DNA of 64,000 nucleotides from an uncultured Gemmatimonadales bacterium (lineage in GTDB: Bacteria; Gemmatimonadota; Gemmatimonadetes; Gemmatimonadales; GWC2-71-9): assembly GCA_963755425.1 (NCBI GenBank), contig CAVWJI010000002.1, positions 453,244 through 517,243 of the forward strand, read 5' to 3'. The notes below the pieces were generated by a model, which was not told the origin of the DNA, made no database searches, and saw only the letters and a list, made by a program, of their open reading frames with translations. Below, piece by piece: positions 32,401 to 42,888 of this stretch; position 1 is the stretch's first letter, and the number at the start of each line of letters is the position of its first letter. Position numbers and translations under genes: made by a program.

Positions 32401-32847
32401 ATGACTGTGCCGAAGGAAATCGCCGCCTACATCGCCGCCCAACCAGAGCGCAAGCGCCGCGACATGGAAACGCTGCACGGCATCATCCTGGGGTTGATGC
32501 CGGGCTGTCGGTTGTGGTTCCTGGATGGCAAGGATGAGAGCGGTCGAACGATCTCCAACCCGAACATCGGGTACGGACTCCAGACGCAGAAGTACGCCGA
32601 TGGAAGTACCAGGCCGTTCTATCAGATCGGCATGAGCGCAAACACCACCGGAATCTCCATCTACATCATGGGCCTCGACGACAAGAAGTACCTGACCGAG
32701 AGATACGGCAAGAAACTCGGCAAGGCGCGCGTGACGGGCTACTGCATCAAGTTCGGGACGCTGAGCAATATCAACGTCGATATTCTCGAAGCGGCAATCC
32801 GGGACGGGATTGAACAGTCGGGACATCGCGGCCGACGACCGGCGTGA
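32401..32847 (+). CDS. DUF1801 (YdhG-like) domain protein
   Basis: AAGGAG 7 nt upstream of the ATG at 32401. VPKEIAAYIAAQPERKRRDMETLHGIILGLMPG.. fits my recollection of the DUF1801 N-terminal pattern. G+C is visibly lower than the surroundings. Confidence 0.55.
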   Translation: MTVPKEIAAYIAAQPERKRRDMETLHGIILGLMPGCRLWFLDGKDESGRTISNPNIGYGLQTQKYADGSTRPFYQIGMSANTTGISIYIMGLDDKKYLTERYGKKLGKARVTGYCIKFGTLSNINVDILEAAIRDGIEQSGHRGRRPA

Positions 32848-33110
32848 AGGGCGACGCGTTGCGGCGATCAACGGGACGTTGACACCGGCGACGCTCGTGC
32901 TACTGGCAGCGGCGCTCATCGGCACCGGGCTCGGCGCGGCGGGCGTGGCGCGGGGCAAGGCTCGACCCGATGGAGGCGCTGCGGGAAGTGTGAGTCTCAC
33001 CGGCTCATACACAGAAATCCGGACACTCCCTGGAAGATCCAGCCACTCCCCGGGTCTGCGCCGTCACCGACCGACTCTGCGCGCCGACCGTCGAACTCAC
33101 TGCTACGACG

Positions 33111-33362
33111 GACCAGGTTTGCGTTACGACCGACCAGGTTTGCGTTACGACCGACCAGGTCTGCGTCACGACCGACCAGGTCTGCGTTACGACCGAGCAG
33201 GTCTTCGTTACGACTGACCAAGTTTGCGTTACGACCGACCAGGTCTGCGTTACGACCGCCGAGGTCTGCGCTGCGACCGACCAGGTCTGCGTTACGACCG
33301 AGCAGGTCTGCGTTACGACCGCCGAGGTCTGCGCTGCGACCGACCAGGTCTGCGCCCTCACG
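33111..33362. repeat. 21-bp minisatellite, 12 head-to-tail units (consensus GACCAGGTCTGCGTTACGACC), with a 63-bp higher-order period in the right half
   Basis: Units were counted base by base: 33111, 33132, 33153 ... 33342. Units 8-10 (33258-33320) recur at 33321 onward. Degenerate related motifs (GCGC(A)CCGACCG..) extend to about 33040 and about 33480. Confidence 0.92.
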
Positions 33363-33503
33363 GACCCGCTCCTGACATCGACCGCCGAACCTTGCGCACC
33401 GACCGTCTGACTCACCGCTGCGACCCCGGAGCTCAGCGCACCGACCGCCGCACTCTGCCCTCCGACCTCGACTTCCGGGCCCCAGACCCTTCTCGACCGT
33501 CCC

Positions 33504-34451
33504 CTACCCCCGCACCGCCGCCTGCCCCCACCACAACAGGATCAGCACCGCCGCCGTCCGTTGCCACAGGGGCCAGAACCGCCACAGCAGCGCGATGCTG
33601 CAGATCACCGCCAGCATGCCCACCGCCGCCAGCGGCAGCAGCGACAGCAGGTCAGGCTCCGGCGCGCCCCGCACCAGCAGTGTCCGCACCACGACGCCGC
33701 CGAGATAGGTCGCCGCGAGGACCGTGCACGCGGGATAGAGTCGCCGCAGCAGCGACACATCCGGCAGCGGGCGCGCCACCCGTATCCACGCCCGGCCGAC
33801 CACCACGACGCCGAGTACCACGGTTGCAGCCGCGACGACCTCGCGCAGCGTCACGGCCGCGATCGCCGGCGCGAGTTGCGTGCTGAGCAACTTGGCCGCC
33901 GCGGCACCGACCCTGTGGAGCTGCCCGCGCCACCCCAGGGCGCTGCCGCCGAGCCACCGCGTGGCGTTGAGCCGCAGCAGCACGACCGCCACCAGCAACG
34001 GCAGCACCGCCAGCATGGCCCGCCGCCGCATGCTGGTGGGCTGGGAGCGTTGCACCAGTGCCCAGACCGCCGCACCAACCGGCAGGCCGATGGCCTGCGG
34101 CGAGACGAACGCCGCCGCCGTCGCGGCCAGCGTGCCGTACGCGAGTGAGAACCGCGGGGCGTGCAGCATGACGGCGAGCATGAGGAGGGTCAGGGTGAGG
34201 AGCGGCGGTCCCACCAACGAGTCGCGATGCAGCGCGACGAAACCGGGAAGCGCCACCAACGCGAACGCCGCGGCCACGCCCGCCCACGGCCCCGCGGCCG
34301 CGTCGGCAATGGACAACATGAGCGCAGCGCTGGTGCCGGCACAGAACGCCGGCAGCACCGGCCCCAGATTGGCCGACGCCGAACCTTCCATGCCGACGAT
34401 GAAGAAGAAGCCCCCCGCACGCGCCCGCCACCACACCAACACGGCGACCAC
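33504..34451 (-). CDS. Polytopic inner-membrane protein of unknown function. Start codon uncertain.
   Basis: 315-aa ORF with at least 8 hydrophobic spans and high GC3. It begins immediately after the fadB-like stop (34487). No family motif recognised. Confidence 0.55.
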   Translation of the reverse strand: MVAVLVWWRARAGGFFFIVGMEGSASANLGPVLPAFCAGTSAALMLSIADAAAGPWAGVAAAFALVALPGFVALHRDSLVGPPLLTLTLLMLAVMLHAPRFSLAYGTLAATAAAFVSPQAIGLPVGAAVWALVQRSQPTSMRRRAMLAVLPLLVAVVLLRLNATRWLGGSALGWRGQLHRVGAAAAKLLSTQLAPAIAAVTLREVVAAATVVLGVVVVGRAWIRVARPLPDVSLLRRLYPACTVLAATYLGGVVVRTLLVRGAPEPDLLSLLPLAAVGMLAVICSIALLWRFWPLWQRTAAVLILLWWGQAAVRG

Positions 34452-34486
34452 CAGAAACGCCAGCAGCGCCCGCTGTCGCGACGGGG

Positions 34487-36638
34487 TCAGCGAAGTCCTC
34501 CGCTGGTGCGGTCGCTCTCGTACCAGCGCTGGCCGGTGCGCGCCATTTCGTCGAGCACCGGCGCAGGGTTGAAACGCGGGCCGTGCGCCGCGGCCAGTCT
34601 CTCGAGCCGCGCCACGACCTCGGTGGCACCGATGGCGTCGAGCGTCCGCAGCGGTCCGCCGCGGAACGCCGGATAACCGATGCCGAACAACGCACCGATG
34701 TCACCATCCCGGGGAACGCGCACCACGCCTTCGCTCATCGCCAGTGCCGCCTCGTTCAGCATCGCGAAGACCAGCCGATCTTCGATCCGCTGCCCATCCG
34801 GCGCGGTTCCCTGCCTCACGCCAAGCAGCGTGAAGACGCTCGCGTCGGCGCCCGACGTCTTGCCGTCGCGGTAGAAATAGAAGCCGCGCTCGTTCTTCCG
34901 CCCCATGCGGCCGTCGGCCCGCATCACCGCGATGACCCGCGACGGCGCCAGCCGATCCCCGAGCGCCTGATGCATCGCCTTGCCGGCCTTCTCGGCCACG
35001 TCGAGTCCCACCTGATCGAGCAACGCCAGCGGCCCCACGGGAAATCCCCAGCGGGTCATGGCGCGATCGATGGCGTCGATCGGCACGCCTTCTTCCAGCA
35101 GGTGACCGGCTTCGTTGAGGTACGGAATCAGGATGCGGTTGACCCAGAACCCCGGCGAATCGGCCGCCACGATGACGGTCTTTCCCATCCGGCGCCCGAA
35201 CTGCACCGCGGTGACGATGGCGTCAGCCGATGTGCGCTCGGTGGGAATCACTTCGAGGAGCGGCATCTTCTCGACCGGCGAGAAGAAGTGCATGCCCGAG
35301 GACGCGCTCGGGATGCGACGCCGCGGCAGCGATCTCGTTGATCGGCAGCGTCGAGGTATTGCTGGCCAGCACCGTCGACGGCGGCACGACTGCGGAGAGT
35401 TCGGCAAAGACCTGCTGCTTGGTGGCGAGGTCCTCGAAGACCGCCTCGATCACCAGGTCGGCGCCGGCAAAGCCGTCCCACGTGGCGGTGCCGCTCAGGT
35501 AGGAGCGCTTGCGGTCGAATTCGGAGCGCGTCATCCGCCCGCGGGAAAGCTGCGCCGAGAGAATGTCCGTCGCCGCCTTGAGACCGCGCCCGACGCGCGC
35601 CAGATCGGAGTCCTTGAGGCGCGCCTCGACGCCGGCCTTGAGCGCGGCAGTGCCGGCGATGCCGGCGCCCATGAACCCCGAGCCGACGATGCCCAGCCGC
35701 CGCACCGGCTGTGCGTGCCCCATCCCGGCCGGCACGCCGTTGTCCTTCTTGAGTGCGGTCGTCGCGAAGAAGACCTCGATCAGCCGGCGCGACACGTCGG
35801 TCATCGCCAGTTCGCCGAATGCCTGCGACTCGGCGGCGAGTCCATGCGTCATGCCGGATTCGAGCGAGGTGCGGACGACATCGATGGCGCGGAGCGGTGC
35901 CGGGTAATGCCCGCCGGTCTTCTGCATCACCGACTCGCGCGCCTTGCGGTAGACCACCATCCGGCCGATCGGATTGCCGTCGAGCAACGCAGCCGCCATG
36001 CCGCGACCTCGGCGCGACGGCTTCCACCCCCGCGCCATCCGTTCGGCGGCGTCGATGGCAATGTCGAGCAGGATCGCTTCCGGCACCACCTCGTCCACCA
36101 GGCCGAGTCGGAGCGCCTTCTTCGCCGGCTCGTTGCGCGCGGTGAGGATCATCTGCAGCGCGGCGCGGGCGCCGATCAGCCGCGGCAGGCGGCTGCACCC
36201 GCCGGCGCCGGGAATGATGCCGAGCTGCGTTTCCGGCAGTCCGAGTTGCGTCTTCGGGTGATCGCTGGCAACCCGGTAGCCGCACGCCAGCGACAGCTCG
36301 AGTCCGCCGCCGAGGCAGTTGCCGTGGATCGCCGCGACGATCGGCTTGGGCGCGTCAGCGACGCGCTGCATCAGCAGCTGCGCCTCGCGCGAGAGACGGG
36401 TGGCCTCTTCGACCGTCTGCGCCGCCGCGAATTCATTAATGTCGGCACCGGCGATGAACGAGTCCGGCTTGCCCGAACGGAACACGACGGCCTTGACCAC
36501 CTCGTCGCCCTCGAGCCGTTGCAGCAGCTCGTCGAGCTCCCAGCCGGCCGCCTTGCTGAGCGTGTTGACCGCCTGGCCCGGCGCATCGAAGCTGACGATC
36601 GCCACACCGGCGCGCTGCGTGACCGAGAACGCGCTCAT
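34487..36638 (-). pseudogene. fadB: Fatty-acid oxidation multifunctional alpha subunit (enoyl-CoA hydratase / 3-hydroxyacyl-CoA dehydrogenase), with one frame switch as sequenced
   Basis: Crotonase motif AAIHGNCLGGGLELSLAC. NAD fold LGIVGSGFMGAGIA. The sequence ..[22 protein letters not shown].. is read across ORFs 35223..36638 and 34487..35407. The switch is near 35290-35300. Confidence 0.9.
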
Positions 36639-37934
36639 GGCACCCGCTCCAGCACTACGGCGAACCCCATTCCCCCCTGCGCGCAGATCGACACCAGGCC
36701 GAACTGCACTTCGCGCCGCGCCATCTCGTGCGCCAGCGAGGTGACCAGACGCGACCCGGTTGCGCCGAACGGATGCCCGATCGCGATCGAACCACCCATG
36801 ACGTTGGCACGGCTCCAGTCGACTTCACCGGTCGGCTGCGGCAGTCCGAGCCGCTTGGTCCATGCCGGCGAGCCCCAGGCCTGCACGTTGGACAGCACCT
36901 GCGCGGCGAAGGCTTCGTGGATTTCGATCAGGCCGACGTCGCCCCAGGTGATGCCGGCCCGCTTGAGCGCCAGCGGCACGGCGTACGCGGGCCCCATCAG
37001 CAGCTGCCAGCCGGGATCGACCGCAGCCACGGCGTAGCTGCGGATCACCGCCAGCGGCCGGAATCCCAGTGCCCGCGCCTTGGCCTCGCTCATGATCAAT
37101 GTCACCGAGGCGCCATCGGTGAGCGGCGAGGAATTGCCAGCGGTGACCGTGCCGTAGCGCTTGTCGAACACCGGCTTGAGCTTGGCCAGGGCGTCGAGCG
37201 AGGTATCGCTGCGGATCAGGTTGTCGCTGGTGAGCACCTCGTCGTAACCGCGGCCACCGAACCACGGCGCGATCTCGGCGGTGATTCTCCCGTCAGCTGT
37301 GGCCGTGGCGGCGCGCTGGTGACTCATCAACGCGTATTCGTCCTGCGCCTCGCGGGTGATCCGGTTCTCCTTGGCCATCTTTTCGGCCGATTCGCCCATG
37401 GTCTCGCCGGTGCTCGGCTCGGCAATGGCGGGAGAGACGGGCTTGAGGTCGCGCGGACGGATGCGGGAGAAGAGCGCCACGCGCTCGCCCACTGACTTTG
37501 CGCGCCCGGCCGCCATCAGGATGGCCGACACTTTCCGGCTGTGCAGGATGGGAATGTCCGACAGCGATTCCGTCCCGCCGGCGAGGATCACGTCGGCGTG
37601 TCCGGCCATGATCTGATCGGCGGCGTTGCAGATGGCCTGGGCGCCCGAGGAGCAGGCGCGGTTGAGCGTATAGGCGGGGATGGTGCGGGGGAATTGCGGC
37701 AGCAGCGATACCTCGCGAGCCACGTTGGGCGACCAGCGACGAGGGGATGACCTGCCCGAAGATGATCTCGTCGACCTCGTCGCCCGGCAGCTCGGTCCGG
37801 TAGAGCAGTTCGCGGGTGCAGTGACGCGCCAGGTCGAGGCCGGTGGCGTCCCTGAGTGCCGTCCCGGCCTTGGCGAATGGAGTGCGCAACCCCGCCACGA
37901 CGGCGGCGCGACGCCCCGGAGGTGCCGTGAGCAT
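36635..37934 (-). pseudogene. fadA: Acetyl-CoA acyltransferase (3-ketoacyl-CoA thiolase), with one frame switch as sequenced
   Basis: YTLNRACSSGAQAI (active-site Cys) and C-terminal GGSIAIGHPFGATGSR and CAQGGMG. The N-terminal 70 aa are in ORF 37293..37934. The switch is near 37727-37733. The stop overlaps the fadB ATG (ATGA). Confidence 0.9.
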
Positions 37935-37993
37935 GGGCCAAACTTAAGGGGTAGGCGCCGCCTCCCGGCTATCTTTCTTCAGGTTCTACTCTG

Positions 37994-40900
37994 GTGGAGT
38001 ACCCGGTGGCATCGAACGACTCAGACGCACCCGAAATCGCGCTCCCCGCCGAGGCGATGTACGAGGCGATGCTCGAAGCGCAATCGCCTGTGCCGGTGGA
38101 AGCACCCCCCCGTCCGACGGCGCCCAATGCAGCGCCGGCGGCGGCCAACGTGCCCGTGCCCGAGCGCGCGGTGGCGCTGAGCGGCCCTGCTCTCCGGCTG
38201 GCGCAGAACATGAACGCGTCGCTCGCCATTCCGGTGGCGACGAGCTTCCGCGAAGTGCCCGTCGGCGTGCTCGACGAACGCCGCCGCCAGGCCAATGCCG
38301 CGCTCAAGGCCGCGGGCCGGAACGAGAAACTGTCGTTCACGCATCTCATTGCGTGGGCACTGGTGCAGGCGACGCGCGAGTTCCCGATGATAGGCACCGG
38401 GGTGCTGGAGAGCGGCGGCGCGATCTACAAGCTTCCCGCCGAGCATGTCAACCTCGGCCTTGCCGTCGACGTCGAGCGGAAGGACGGCACGCGCGGCCTG
38501 GTGGTGCCGGTGCTGCGGGCCGCCGACACACTCGACTTTGCGCAGTTCCTGGCCGCTTACGAGACGCTGGTCAGCAAGGCGCGGGCGAACCGGTTGATGC
38601 CCGACGACTTTGCGGGCGCCACCATGACGCTCACCAATCCGGGCGGCCTGGGCACGGTGGCCTCGGTGCCGCGGCTGATGCCGGGCCAGGGGAGCATCAT
38701 CGCCACCGGCAGCATCGCGTTGCCGGTGGAGTTCGCCGACGCCAACGCCGCCGCGCAGCTCGGCGCGGGCAAGGTGATGACGATGACCAGTACCTATGAT
38801 CATCGCGTCATCCAGGGCGCCGAATCGGGGAGCTTTCTCCGGTTGGTGGATCAGCTGCTGCAGGGCGAAGCGCAGTTCTACGACCAGATCTTTGCGGCGC
38901 TCGGCATCTCCATGCCGGCCGCATCCGTCGTATCGAGCGCGCCGGCACGCGTGACTGCGACACCGGCGGCCGCGGCTGGCACCGTGGATACCGCGGCGCT
39001 GGCGCACGTTGCCGCCGCCATGAGCCTGATCCGCAGCATCCGCACGCATGGCCATCTCGCGGCGCGTCTCGATCCGCTCGGCGTGCCGCCGGTCGGCGAC
39101 CCCGCGATGGACCCCGCCAGCCTCGGCCTCACGCCCGCCATCATGGCGTCGATTCCTGCGGCGGTGCTGCGCCTGGGCGTGCCCGGCCAGACGCTGGCCG
39201 ATGCGCTGCCGCACCTGCTGCAGACGTACTGCGGCACCATTGCGTACGAAGTCGAACACCTCGCGTCGCATGAACGCCGCGTCTGGCTGCGGCAGCAGAT
39301 CGAATCCGGCACGTACCGCGCGCCGCTCTCGCCGGACGAAGCGCGCACGCTGCTGGGCCGCCTGACGCAGGTGGAAGGGATGGAGAAGTTCCTGCACAAC
39401 GCCTATTTCGGCGCCAAGCGCTTCTCCATCGAAGGCGTCGACATGATGGTGCCGATGCTCGACGAGGCGATCGAGCTGTCGGCCCGGGCTGCGGTGCGCA
39501 CCGTGGCGGTGGGAATGGCTCACCGCGGGCGGCTCAACGTGCTGGCGCACATCGTCGGCAAGCCATACGACACCATCCTGTCGGAGTTCGAAGGCACCAA
39601 GGGCGACGCGGCCGTCGAAGGCGGCACCGGCGACGTCAAGTACCACCTCGGCGCCGACGGCGACTACGCCACCCGCGGCGGGCGCTCGATCCGTGTTTCG
39701 CTGCTGTCCAATCCGAGCCATCTGGAATACGTCGATCCGGTCATCGTGGGACGGGCACGGGCGGAGCAGACCGACCGCAGCGGCCGCACGATGCGGCTCG
39801 ATCCGATGGCGGCGCTACCGATTTCGATTCACGGCGACGCGGCGTTCCCCGGCCAGGGCGTCGTGGCCGAAACGCTCAACCTCTGCGCGCTGCCGGGCTA
39901 CACCACCGGCGGCACGGTGCACCTGATCGCCAACAACCAGGTCGGCTTCACCACCGATCCGGTCGACGCCCGTTCGACGCGCTACTCGTCGGATCTCGCC
40001 AAGGGCTTCGACATTCCGATCATCCACGTCAACGCCGACGACCCCGCGGCGTGCCTGGCGTCGGTCCGGCTGGCGATGGCCTACCGGATGAAGTTCCAGG
40101 ACGACGTGCTCATCGACCTGGTGGGCTACCGGCGTCACGGCCACAACGAAGCCGACGAGCCGGCCTACACGCAGCCGACGATGTACGCCCGGATCCGCGA
40201 CCTGCCCACAGTGCGGCAGCAGTACGCCGCCGCACTGGAACAGGCCGGCGTGATCGAATGCGGGACGAGCGGACGCGATGGTCGAAGAGAACTACAACCG
40301 GCTGATCGAGGCGCAGAATCGCATCAAGGCCGCCGCCGAAACGCTGCCGGATATCGAATCCGCGCCGGTGGCCGAGAGCGGCGACTTCGAGACCGGTGTC
40401 GCGGCCGAGACGCTTACCGCGCTCAACGAAGCACTGCTGGCGTGGCCGGCGGGCCTCTCGGTCCATCCCAAGCTGGCGCGCCAGCTGGAACGGCGCCGCG
40501 CCGGGTTGTCGAACGAACACGGGATTGACTGGGGACACGGCGAGGCGCTGGCGTTCGCCTCGCTGCTGGCGGAAGGCGTTCCGATCCGGGTCACCGGCCA
40601 GGACGCGGGCCGCGGCACCTTCTCGCACCGCAACGCGGTGCTGCACGACGTCGAATCGGGGCGCGAATTCGTGCCGTTGCAGGCACTCCCGGGCGGCGAG
40701 GCACTGTTCGAGATCCGCAATTCACCGCTGTCGGAATGCGCCCCGATCGGCTTCGAATACGGCTACGCGCTGGCGGCACCCGAGGCGCTGGTGATCTGGG
40801 AGGCGCAGTACGGCGACTTCGTCAACGGCGCGCAGGTGATGCTGGACCAGTTCGTGGTATCGGGGCTGAGCAAGTGGGGCGTTTCGCCGCGGCTGACGCT

Positions 40901-41583
40901 GTTGCTGCCGCACGGCTACGAAGGCGGCGGTCCGGAACACTCCAGCGGGCGGGTCGAACGGTTCCTGCAGGCCGCGGCGGAGGACAACATCCGCGTGGCC
41001 AACTGCACCACGCCGGCGCAGTACTTCCACCTGCTCCGCCGCCAGGCGAAGTGGTCGGTGCGCCGGCCGTTGATCGTGATGACGCCGAAATCGCTGCTCC
41101 GGCTTCCCGCGGCGGCCTCGACGCTGGCCGACCTGACGAGTGGCCGCTTCCAGCCGGTGATCGACGATCCGGCCAGCAACGGCAACCGCGCCTCGGCCCG
41201 TTCGCTGTTGCTGTGCAGCGGCAAGATCTACTACGACCTGCTGGCGGAGGCGACACAAGCGTGGCGAGGATCGCCCGCCGGTGGCACGGGTGGAGCAGCT
41301 CTATCCGTTCGCCGAGTCCGAACTGCGCGACGTGCTCTCGCGCTACCCGTCGCTGACCGAGGTGGTGTGGGTGCAGGAAGAACCGAAGAACATGGGCGCC
41401 TGGACATTCATCGAGCAACATCTCTCGCCGGCCCTGCCGCCCGGCGTCTACCTGCGCTACATCGGTCGACCGGAACGGGCGGCGCCGTCAGAGGGATACG
41501 CCCATGCCCACGCGGTGGAGCAGGCGCGGATCGTGAGCGAGGCGCTGGCGGCGGGAACGGCAGCGGTGAGAGCGGGGCGGTAA
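37994..41583 (+). pseudogene. sucA: 2-oxoglutarate dehydrogenase E1 fused to an N-terminal E2-type acyltransferase domain (Kgd/OdhA architecture). Two frame switches as sequenced.
   Basis: E2 catalytic core with MTSTYDHRVIQGAESGSFL, followed by E1 motifs (RFSIEGVDMMVPML, GMAHRGRLNVL, HGDAAFPGQGVV, LVGYRRHGHNEADEP, LLLPHGYEGGGPEHSS, VWVQEEPKNMGAW). The pieces are in ORFs 37994.., 40278.. and 41281..41583. Switches lie at about 40255-40277 and about 41250-41258. Confidence 0.9.
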
Positions 41584-41600
41584 GGCGGAACGCGGCGCGC

Positions 41601-41825
41601 GTATCATCCCGAGCGCAGCGGTGTCGTCCCGAGCGCAGCGGTGTCGTCCCGAGCGCAGCGGTGTCATCCCGAGCGCCGCGAGGGATCGGCCGGCGCCGAA
41701 CCGATCCGCGAGGAATTGGTCCACGAAGCGCTGGTCTGCAGCGAGCCGATCCCTCGGGCGCTGACGCGCCCTCGGGATGACATGGCGCAGCGGTGTCATC
41801 CCGAGCGCCGCGAGGGATCGGCAAG
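41601..41825. repeat. Composite repeat, left copy: three tandem 20-mers (GTGTC[A/G]TCCCGAGCGCAGCG), a ~120-bp nested-palindrome unit and a partial extra copy
   Basis: 20-mers at 41601, 41621 and 41641. Outer inverted repeat GTCATCCCGAG 41663-41673 / CTCGGGATGAC 41771-41781. Inner inverted repeat CGAGGGATCGG 41679-41689 / CCGATCCCTCG 41746-41756. A further ..GTGTCATCCCGAGCGCCGCGAGGGATCGG follows at about 41792-41820. Confidence 0.9.
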
Positions 41826-42107
41826 TCAACAACCCAGCCCAAGATCGCGCCATTCGGGGTTGGTGCTCTCGATCAGCGCGACTTTCTTTGATCGCCGCCA
41901 GCCCTTGAGTTCCTTTTCTCGCGAGATCGCCGCCAGAATTGTCCGGGTTTCCTCGAAGTAGACCAGCCGATCGACTGAGTAGCGCGCCGTAAATCGACTT
42001 CCGCGCCCTGCCTTGTGCGAGGCCAGGCGGCGGCCGAGGTTGTTCGTCACACCGACGTAAAGCACGCGCGTGCGACTTGCCAGGATGTACACCCAGTATC
42101 TCCGCAT
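41826..42107 (-). CDS. GIY-YIG nuclease superfamily protein (small YhbQ/UPF0213-like)
   Basis: WVYILASRTRVLYVGVTNNLGRRLASHK (GIY..YVG motifs), then ..LVYFEE....AI.REKELKGWRR. 93 aa, intact. Confidence 0.85.
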   Translation of the reverse strand: MRRYWVYILASRTRVLYVGVTNNLGRRLASHKAGRGSRFTARYSVDRLVYFEETRTILAAISREKELKGWRRSKKVALIESTNPEWRDLGLGC

Positions 42108-42204
42108 GGACGGGAGCTATCCGCGCCACGCCCGATCCAGGTGCGCGTCTTTACGCGCCGCGGCACATTTGAAGTCGGATATCCGGTAGCGCGGCTGGCC
42201 GAGC

Positions 42205-42435
42205 ATGTCATCCCGAGCGCAGCGGGGCTGTCATCCCGAGCGCAGCGGTGTCATCCCGAGCGCAGCGGTGTCATCCCGAGCGCAGCGAGGGATCGGCCGG
42301 CAGCGAGCTGGCCGGCAACGAACCGATCCGCGAGGAATTGGTCCACGAAGCGCTGATCTGCAGCGAGCCGGTCCCTCGGGCGCTGACGCGCCCTCGGGAT
42401 GACATGGTGCGCGCTGTCCCGTCGGGATGACGGGG
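42205..42435. repeat. Composite repeat, right copy, in the same orientation as the left copy: four tandem ~20-mers plus the nested-palindrome unit carrying a 14-bp insertion
   Basis: GTCATCCCGAGCGCAGCG(G) at 42207, 42230, 42250 and 42270. Outer inverted-repeat arms at 42270-42280 and 42393-42403. By eye it is about 90% identical to 41601-41785, apart from the inserted AGCGAGCTGGCCGG. Confidence 0.9.
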
Positions 42436-42765
42436 TCAATCGGGGGGCAGGAGCGGCCTTTCGCTGGCATTCTTCGCCAGCTCCTTGAGCGGTTCCGACA
42501 GATGATCACCGTAGTGCAGCAGGAAGACACCCCGCGAGCGCTTGGCCATCAGGAAGGCCAGCAGCGGGGTATCGGCCTTGGCGGCGTTGCAGGCGCGGCA
42601 GGCGAGCACCAGGTTGTCGGGGCGATCGTAGGCCGAGAGGCCCCGGCGCGGCCGCACATGGTCGAGGGTGATCGTCTCGGCCGGCACGCGGGTGCCGCAA
42701 TAGGCACAGACGGGACCGTGCCGCGTCGAGCAGCCAATCGCGGTGTGCGCTGTAGGATCGTCCTG
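42436..42765 (-). pseudogene. HNH endonuclease, with no usable start codon ahead of the first Cys pair as sequenced
   Basis: ..GPVCAYCGTRVPAETITLDHVRPRRGLSAYDRPDNLVLACRACNAAKAD.. is the CxxC...DH...N...CxxCN HNH pattern. The listed ORF starts at an internal GTG (42687), downstream of the first CxxC. The open frame reaches back to a TGA at about 42816-42818 with no ATG, GTG or TTG. Confidence 0.6.
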
Positions 42766-42888
42766 GGGAGCGGCGGAGGCGGGCGCGTGTAGCCAGTCAG
42801 AATGTCCGTAATGCCATCATCACGGGGACAAACAATAATCGGGTGTCGCGGGTTCCGGCAGGCACGGGTCCGACGCGGCGGACGCGCC

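Noticed and set aside
32810-33886. Plus-strand ORF pair 32810..33217 and 33224..33886 (same frame, separated by one TGA), read as a heptad-repeat (PGLRYDR)n membrane protein with stop-codon read-through.
   Set aside because: Third-codon positions in the repeat are AT-rich (cca ggt ttg cgt tac gac cga), unlike genuine genes here. The downstream half is antisense to the membrane-protein gene at 33504..34451.
41601-41680. Possible CRISPR array, from the regular 20-21-bp repeats here, at 42207-42290 and at 33111-33362.
   Set aside because: The units are directly abutting with no unique spacers. The unit length is below typical CRISPR repeats, and no cas genes are in the window.
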